This document shows, one piece after another, positions 59,501 through 64,000 of a DNA stretch of 64,000 nucleotides (position 1 is its first letter; every line of letters begins with the position of its first letter). The notes under the pieces are model-generated. The model was not told the DNA's origin. It saw only the letters and a program-made list of their open reading frames with translations, and searched no databases. The DNA is from Bacteroidota bacterium (GTDB lineage: Bacteria > Bacteroidota > Bacteroidia > Bacteroidales > WCHB1-69), in the NCBI GenBank assembly GCA_017860455.1, contig JAGDMF010000013.1:556-64555 (forward strand), read 5' to 3'. The position numbers were made by a program, and so were the translations under genes.

Positions 59501-60271
59501 CCATGCCACATAAGAACCTAACTGATCAGCAAACATTTGAGGTGCTACGATCACCAATTTAACCGGTGTATAGTTCATTTCTGCGAAAGCAGGTCCTTCT
59601 TTAGGATTGATCACATTGGATTCAGCCACCTGAAATAATGGACTTGCGTGAAGTTGTTTGATTCTGTTTGTTTCAGTAAAATTTGGATTTACAAAAGTAA
59701 TTTTCACTTCTATGGATTGATAAACCCTGATTTGATTTGTCACTGGGTTGTACTGAACCGGAGATACAGAAATAGAAGCTAAATTAATATTTCTCATGAT
59801 CCCTTTGATTTCAACTGATGCTAATGCTGATTTTCCATAAAAAGCATTAGTGGAATAGGTCGTATTATTTTTCACTAAAGCAATAGGACCATCAAAAGAT
59901 TTGGAATAGGATGGTTGAGCAGGAAAAATTGGATTTTGAATTCCCAATGCTGAAGCATCATAATCTGTAAAATTGCCGGGAATAACTTCCATTTGTAAAG
60001 CGTTACATATTGGAATTTCGAGTAATTTTACCATTTCAGGAAGTTCAGGATTTCCCACTTCAGAAGAGCTAAGGTAGTCGTTCATTTGAATTCTTGAAAA
60101 ATTACCCAGATCTGTTTTTACATTTATGGAAGATATTTCAGAAGTAGTAAAAGAGATTCTAATCTGTTGATTACTGTTTTCAAGTACGTTATAGTTTTTT
60201 TGTGCTTGAGCATTAAGATTTGATAAAATCAAAACAGCCATTAGAATAATTAGTTTGCTAAATGTTTTCAT
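56507..60271 (-). CDS. C25 family cysteine peptidase (gingipain-like) with propeptide and T9SS C-terminal domain
   Basis: Propeptide G.PELP, catalytic His in NYTAHCG and Cys in GNCCQS, YHLFGDPS, C-terminal FPIPA...TGIYFV...KKLIKQ. Start moved to 60271 because a TAnnTTTG box lies at 60324-60331. Confidence 0.92.
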   Translation of the reverse strand: MKTFSKLIILMAVLILSNLNAQAQKNYNVLENSNQQIRISFTTSEISSINVKTDLGNFSRIQMNDYLSSSEVGNPELPEMVKLLEIPICNALQMEVIPGNFTDYDASALGIQNPIFPAQPSYSKSFDGPIALVKNNTTYSTNAFYGKSALASVEIKGIMRNINLASISVSPVQYNPVTNQIRVYQSIEVKITFVNPNFTETNRIKQLHASPLFQVAESNVINPKEGPAFAEMNYTPVKLVIVAPQMFADQLGSYVAWKRRKGFIVDLALTSNAAVGTTATSIKNYLKAQYDNATPTNPAPTYVLFVGDVAQIPANNGTAGSHITDLYYATFTAGDNFPDCYYGRFSATSEAQLAPQLEKSLMYEQYTMPDPTYLDKAVLVAGTDASFGPTHANGQINYLANNYINTGYGYSTIYTHLYPASSQAAQIRSEIGTGVGYANYTAHCGSSGWSDPSFETSNVPAMANENKYGLMIGNCCQSGMFGETECFGEALLRASKKGAMAYIGASNNSLWNEDFYWSVGVRSSITASPTYLASNLGAYDRLFHTHNEAQTLWMVTSAAMIQAGNMAVEASTSSSKLYYWEIYHLFGDPSIIPYLSQAPVMTVTTSPVLMIGANSMSVTAAPYAYVALVKNGVLLGAAFADVSGNANLTFDPLSEPGEYELAAWAQNYQQYFSTINVIVPSGSYVVASTAAVSSGFVPYFNSIVSLDVILSNLGVANASNVYVKLSTPSPYVTVLNDSIYVGSIVQGNNHNISGAFTVQIANYFPNQTAAQLNFEIHSNNNTSNKVVTLNLLAPHLIFESSSISANTGNNDGIVDPGETISITVNNKNEGQGTLYALTSRLNSFYSGATITNNVVNVELISSGQTVNSEYTVQIASTVAPGTIIPLYHTFYKGDYVVNKVIYIVVGRVMEDFETNTFTTYPWVNSSNAWIIIDTSVYAGTYTARSKNNLANNGTSALQITLTALSDGNISYFRKVSSEDGYDFFKFYIDGVEKEAISGITGTWALSSFPVAAGSHTYKFEYKKDGSQISGKDCAWIDNITFPPFGTVAQADIAQLQVVDHTITVNAEEVSPIPFETNAQITVNFTNPSAITAQNIEAHLDTDHPDVIINQGTTQLPVPNMLQNDNQSVTFPVRSQSRNLTSANVNFVFSLQYNGTVIDYPFSALFEGIAQGVCEMNEMECLMFPIPAKNYLTVQTENPIQSIELIDLNGKRINYISSVESNNHTFAVSGLSTGIYFVKVVDVNQKMAVKKLIKQ

Positions 60272-60332
60272 TTGATTGATTTTAAATATATTAATATAAT
60301 TATATACTAAATGGAATAACCCGCAAATATAC

Positions 60333-60427
60333 AAAAAAAAAGGATAGAGTTAGTATACTTCTATCCTTTTTCCATTTTTTCGACAAACCCAACAAAAAAG
60401 GTGATAATCTGGGGATTATCACCTTTT
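60333..60427 (-). terminator. Two tandem intrinsic terminator-like hairpins
   Basis: AAAAAGGATAG...CTATCCTTTTT (60333-60371) and AAAAGGTGATAATC...GATTATCACCTTTT (60394-60427), downstream of the 60449 gene. Confidence 0.75.
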
Positions 60428-60448
60428 AAAAGGAAGATTCATTAAAGA

Positions 60449-61333
60449 TTAATCTTCATATACAATTCTTGTAGTTGTTGTTAAAGATACAAGTCCTAAT
60501 GAAGTATTGGAAATGATACTGGTTGGATAATCTCCATCATAAGTATAAGTAAAATTGGTAGTTACATCAGCTGAAGAAACAGTTGTAGTCATTGATCCAG
60601 GATTATTTTTTTGATATACAAAGTTGTTTGTAGTTTCTTTCAAAGTACTGAATGGGAAGAAAAAGTAATATGGGTTTAATTTATCATCATAACTTGCATA
60701 AGTAGTTAAATAACTTCCTACAGACATGGAAGAAATATTATCTCCATCATAAACAAAGGAGGTATTTATTGTTGCTTTTGAGTTATTAACTGCATTATTT
60801 TGAACATTTTTCATCATTTGTGTAGCTACACTTGCAGGTAAAATTCTACCGGATAAAGTTCTGTTCATCAGACTAAGTAATTCTTTAGTAACAGTATAGG
60901 TTGTGATCGTTAATTGTGAAACTTTATCATCAGTATTATATTGGAAAACAATGTCAGACAATAATATATTTTGATTGTTTTGCGTTTGGTTGCTATAATA
61001 TTCAATTTTCGCATATTTTTTATCAGTAATTGTAAAGACACTGTAGAAATTGTAGTTATCTGTAATTTTAGTTAATACTCCGTCAGTATATTCAAAATTA
61101 TCAGCACCTATAGAGTCTCCCTGATCATAATAAGTAATTGATTTTAAGGTGTTTCCATCCCATGTCCATGATTCTGAAATGTACTCTTGAGCACCATCAT
61201 CTTTGAAATAGATTTTAGAAATTTTCTTACCGGGATTGTACACACCGGCTTCATCTTTATCACATGATGTGAAAGAAACTAGAATAACAACTGCTGCAAG
61301 CAATGTTAACAAATAAGAATTTAATTTTTTCAT
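60449..61333 (-). CDS. Hypothetical lipoprotein (YD-like beta-rich)
   Basis: Lipobox FTSC and repeated F.Y/YD segments. Confidence 0.75.
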   Translation of the reverse strand: MKKLNSYLLTLLAAVVILVSFTSCDKDEAGVYNPGKKISKIYFKDDGAQEYISESWTWDGNTLKSITYYDQGDSIGADNFEYTDGVLTKITDNYNFYSVFTITDKKYAKIEYYSNQTQNNQNILLSDIVFQYNTDDKVSQLTITTYTVTKELLSLMNRTLSGRILPASVATQMMKNVQNNAVNNSKATINTSFVYDGDNISSMSVGSYLTTYASYDDKLNPYYFFFPFSTLKETTNNFVYQKNNPGSMTTTVSSADVTTNFTYTYDGDYPTSIISNTSLGLVSLTTTTRIVYED

Positions 61334-61585
61334 GATTTATAATTTTTTGTTAAGGATTTCTTACTATTTGGTGACAGAAAATAGAAATCCATCAATATTT
61401 TCTATCGCTCTAAAACGATGCAAATTTACAAAATATTTTTATTAGTGAAGTTTTTTTGTTATTTTATTTAAAAGATTCTCAAGAATCAGATATTCAAAAA
61501 TTTATAATGGGTAAAATTAATTAATATCAAAGGTTTCGTTCATAAAAGAAAAAAAACGTTACTTTTGTATATTAAATTTATTGAT

Positions 61586-64000
61586 ATGTTTCCATTTTTT
61601 ACCCATTCAAAACAAAAATTACCCTATTTTTTTATTTTTATATTTTCTTTTTCTTTTTTATATATAAACGCAGCTAGTCCGGAACGAACAGTAAGGGTTC
61701 TGTCTCCTAATTCAGTGAATCAAATTGAATTTTCAGACCGAAATGGGGAAATAACCTATCGTGTGATTCATAATGGAGAAGTTTTAATAAACGAATCAAC
61801 AATAGGCTTTGAATTTAAACTCAAAAACAAGAAAAATAAAACGATCCATTTTAATCATTCATTTTGTATTGAAAAAAGTGAACAACATCAGTATCATGAT
61901 TTTTGGAAACCTATTTGGGGAACTGATAGTTTAGTAGAAAATTTCTATAATGAATCTACTATTTTTATTTCTAACACAATAATTCCAGACATACAACTTA
62001 AAATCATAGTCCGTACTTATAATGATGGTGTTGCTTTCAGATATTTATTAGAAAAAAGTAAAACAAATAAAAAAGATTCTTTGTTTATCATTGAAGAACT
62101 CACAACTTTTAATTTTGCTCAAAATGATTCAGCCTGGTTTGCTCCGGCAGCGGACTTTGCTTATGAATCTATATATAAAAAAATGTCACTTTCTGACATC
62201 AAAAATGCTGCAACACCGATAACAATATGCAGGAATAATCAATTAACAGTTTCGATACATGAAGCTGAATTATTAAATTATTCAGAGTTTTATTTAGTGA
62301 ATACCGTTTCAGGAAAGCCGCACTTCAAAACTCAATTATGGGCGGAACCGGATGGTATTTGTGCTCGTATAACGTTGCCATTTCAGACGCCCTGGCGTGT
62401 AATTATTATAGCTGAAAATCCTGGAAAACTCATTGAATCTCATCTTATTCAAAATTTAAACAATCCTTTAAAAATTGAACAAACTGATTGGATAAAACCC
62501 ATGAAATTCATTGGAATCTGGTGGGGAATGCACACTGGACAATACACATGGGCTTTAGGTGAAAAACATGGAGCCACAACGGAAAGAACAAAAAAATATA
62601 TTGATTTTGCCGCAAAACACAATATTGAAGGTGTCCTAGCTGAAGGTTGGAATGAAGGTTGGGAAACCTGGAATAGTGGGGATTTTCCAATTCAAAATTT
62701 CTCTAAAGGGTATTCAGATTTTAATTTACAAGAAGTTGTGCAATATGGAAAATCGAAACAAGTTCATTTTGTATCCCATCATGAAACGGGAGGCAATATT
62801 CCGGAATATGAAAGACAACTTGATTCAGCATTACTGCTTTGTAATCAATTAGGAATAAGGTATTTAAAAACCGGTTATGCCGGAAAAATCATACCAAAAG
62901 GGTATCCACATCATGGGCAATATATGGTCAATCATTTTCAAAAAGTGGTAGAAAAAGCTTCTCAATATCATATTTGTTTAGATGTTCATGAAAGCATTAA
63001 ACCCACAGGATTAGACCGAACATGGCCCAATTTAATGTCCCAGGAAGCAATTCGTGGAAATGAGTGGAATGGAGGATATAAACCTACTCCACCTTCACAC
63101 ACCACCATTTTGCCATTTACCAGATATATTGCCGGACCTGCAGATTATACACCAGGTATTTTCAAAACTATACATACTCCGGAAAAAGGGAAACGGTTAT
63201 TCACAACCAGAGCTCATCAAATGGCTTTAATGGTCGTATTTTTTAGTCCCATGGCAATGGTTTCCGACAACATTGAGAACTATGAAAACCAACCAGAATT
63301 TGCATTCATGGAAGAGGTTCCCAGCACATGGGATGCCAGCAAGGTTCTTAATTGTCAAATTGGAGAATACATCTCTATGGCCAGAAAAAGCGGTGATAAA
63401 TGGTATATTGGTACTATAACCAACGAAAAAAGCAGGGTTGTACCCATTTCACTACATTTTCTGGATTCAGGTTTTTATTACAAAGCAACCATATTTGGAG
63501 ATGGATTTGAAAATGATTGGGAAAACAATCCTGATCAGGTAGAAATAGGCTCTTTTTTGGTCAATTTCAAGGACTCCATTTATATTCCATTAAGTCAAGG
63601 GAGTGGTAATGTGATGATTTTAGAAAAATTAGATATCAACACCCATTCATTTCCAAAGATAAAGAGTTACAATATCAGTTCCTCTCAAAAAGTGGATATT
63701 TATAAAAGCAAGAAATTTTCCAACTTAACTCAAGAGATTATCAAACACAAAGGGTATCAAAGTAAGGCCAAATATTCTATTTTGTATGATCAGAAATACT
63801 GTGGGGATGGTGAGATTGGGTTAACTAACGGAAAGTTGGGTACTTATAATTTTTTTGAAGAGTGGCAAGGATTTCAGGGTAAGGAACTCGAAATAGTGAT
63901 TGATTTAGACACTCTAAAAGAGATCAAAGAAGTTGAAGTTAGATATTTGGATGCCATTAATGATTGGATTTTTGCACCAGAAAGTGTAACATTATGGACT
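61586..64000 (+). CDS. Glycoside hydrolase family 97 (SusB/inverting-type signature) with C-terminal extension, 3' end runs off the window
   Basis: Not in the ORF track (no stop in the window). Frame from ATG 61586 gives YNDGVAFRY, WIKPMKFIGIWWGMH, EGWNEGW, HHETGG, KTGY, GPADYTPG. Confidence 0.9.
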   Translation, partial: MFPFFTHSKQKLPYFFIFIFSFSFLYINAASPERTVRVLSPNSVNQIEFSDRNGEITYRVIHNGEVLINESTIGFEFKLKNKKNKTIHFNHSFCIEKSEQHQYHDFWKPIWGTDSLVENFYNESTIFISNTIIPDIQLKIIVRTYNDGVAFRYLLEKSKTNKKDSLFIIEELTTFNFAQNDSAWFAPAADFAYESIYKKMSLSDIKNAATPITICRNNQLTVSIHEAELLNYSEFYLVNTVSGKPHFKTQLWAEPDGICARITLPFQTPWRVIIIAENPGKLIESHLIQNLNNPLKIEQTDWIKPMKFIGIWWGMHTGQYTWALGEKHGATTERTKKYIDFAAKHNIEGVLAEGWNEGWETWNSGDFPIQNFSKGYSDFNLQEVVQYGKSKQVHFVSHHETGGNIPEYERQLDSALLLCNQLGIRYLKTGYAGKIIPKGYPHHGQYMVNHFQKVVEKASQYHICLDVHESIKPTGLDRTWPNLMSQEAIRGNEWNGGYKPTPPSHTTILPFTRYIAGPADYTPGIFKTIHTPEKGKRLFTTRAHQMALMVVFFSPMAMVSDNIENYENQPEFAFMEEVPSTWDASKVLNCQIGEYISMARKSGDKWYIGTITNEKSRVVPISLHFLDSGFYYKATIFGDGFENDWENNPDQVEIGSFLVNFKDSIYIPLSQGSGNVMILEKLDINTHSFPKIKSYNISSSQKVDIYKSKKFSNLTQEIIKHKGYQSKAKYSILYDQKYCGDGEIGLTNGKLGTYNFFEEWQGFQGKELEIVIDLDTLKEIKEVEVRYLDAINDWIFAPESVTLWT

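Noticed and set aside
62508-62852. Two small ORFs in the track near the window end
   Set aside because: They lie inside the long GH97 frame starting at 61586, which the track omitted because it has no stop in the window.

Overview
AT-rich chromosomal segment from a Bacteroidota bacterium, probably Bacteroidales-like: TAnnTTTG promoter boxes, T9SS C-terminal sorting domains, GH92/GH97 enzymes and DUF1573/DUF4290/DUF1599 genes. Housekeeping genes include groES-groEL, trpS, rsgA, a Mur/Mpl ligase, ansA and an ABC transporter. Accessory genes include an umuD-umuC-SRAP cassette, two histidine kinases, a Kgp-like C25 gingipain, two other T9SS cargo proteins, a Cys-rich periplasmic repeat protein and an orphan Rhs-tip metallopeptidase toxin module. 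I found no rRNA, tRNA, transposase, integrase or CRISPR-cas genes. The least ordinary feature is non-coding. Ordered 7-/8-mer tandem-repeat mosaics start at or just after stop codons and mostly read in the upstream gene's direction. At 47.1-51.6 kb these mosaics, several REP/MITE-like hairpins and two inverted GCGTGAGG...GGCACGCCC structured elements bracket the low-GC Rhs module. Both host genes flanking that locus end in codons with unusually high GC3. All family calls come from motif recognition by eye, not database searches.
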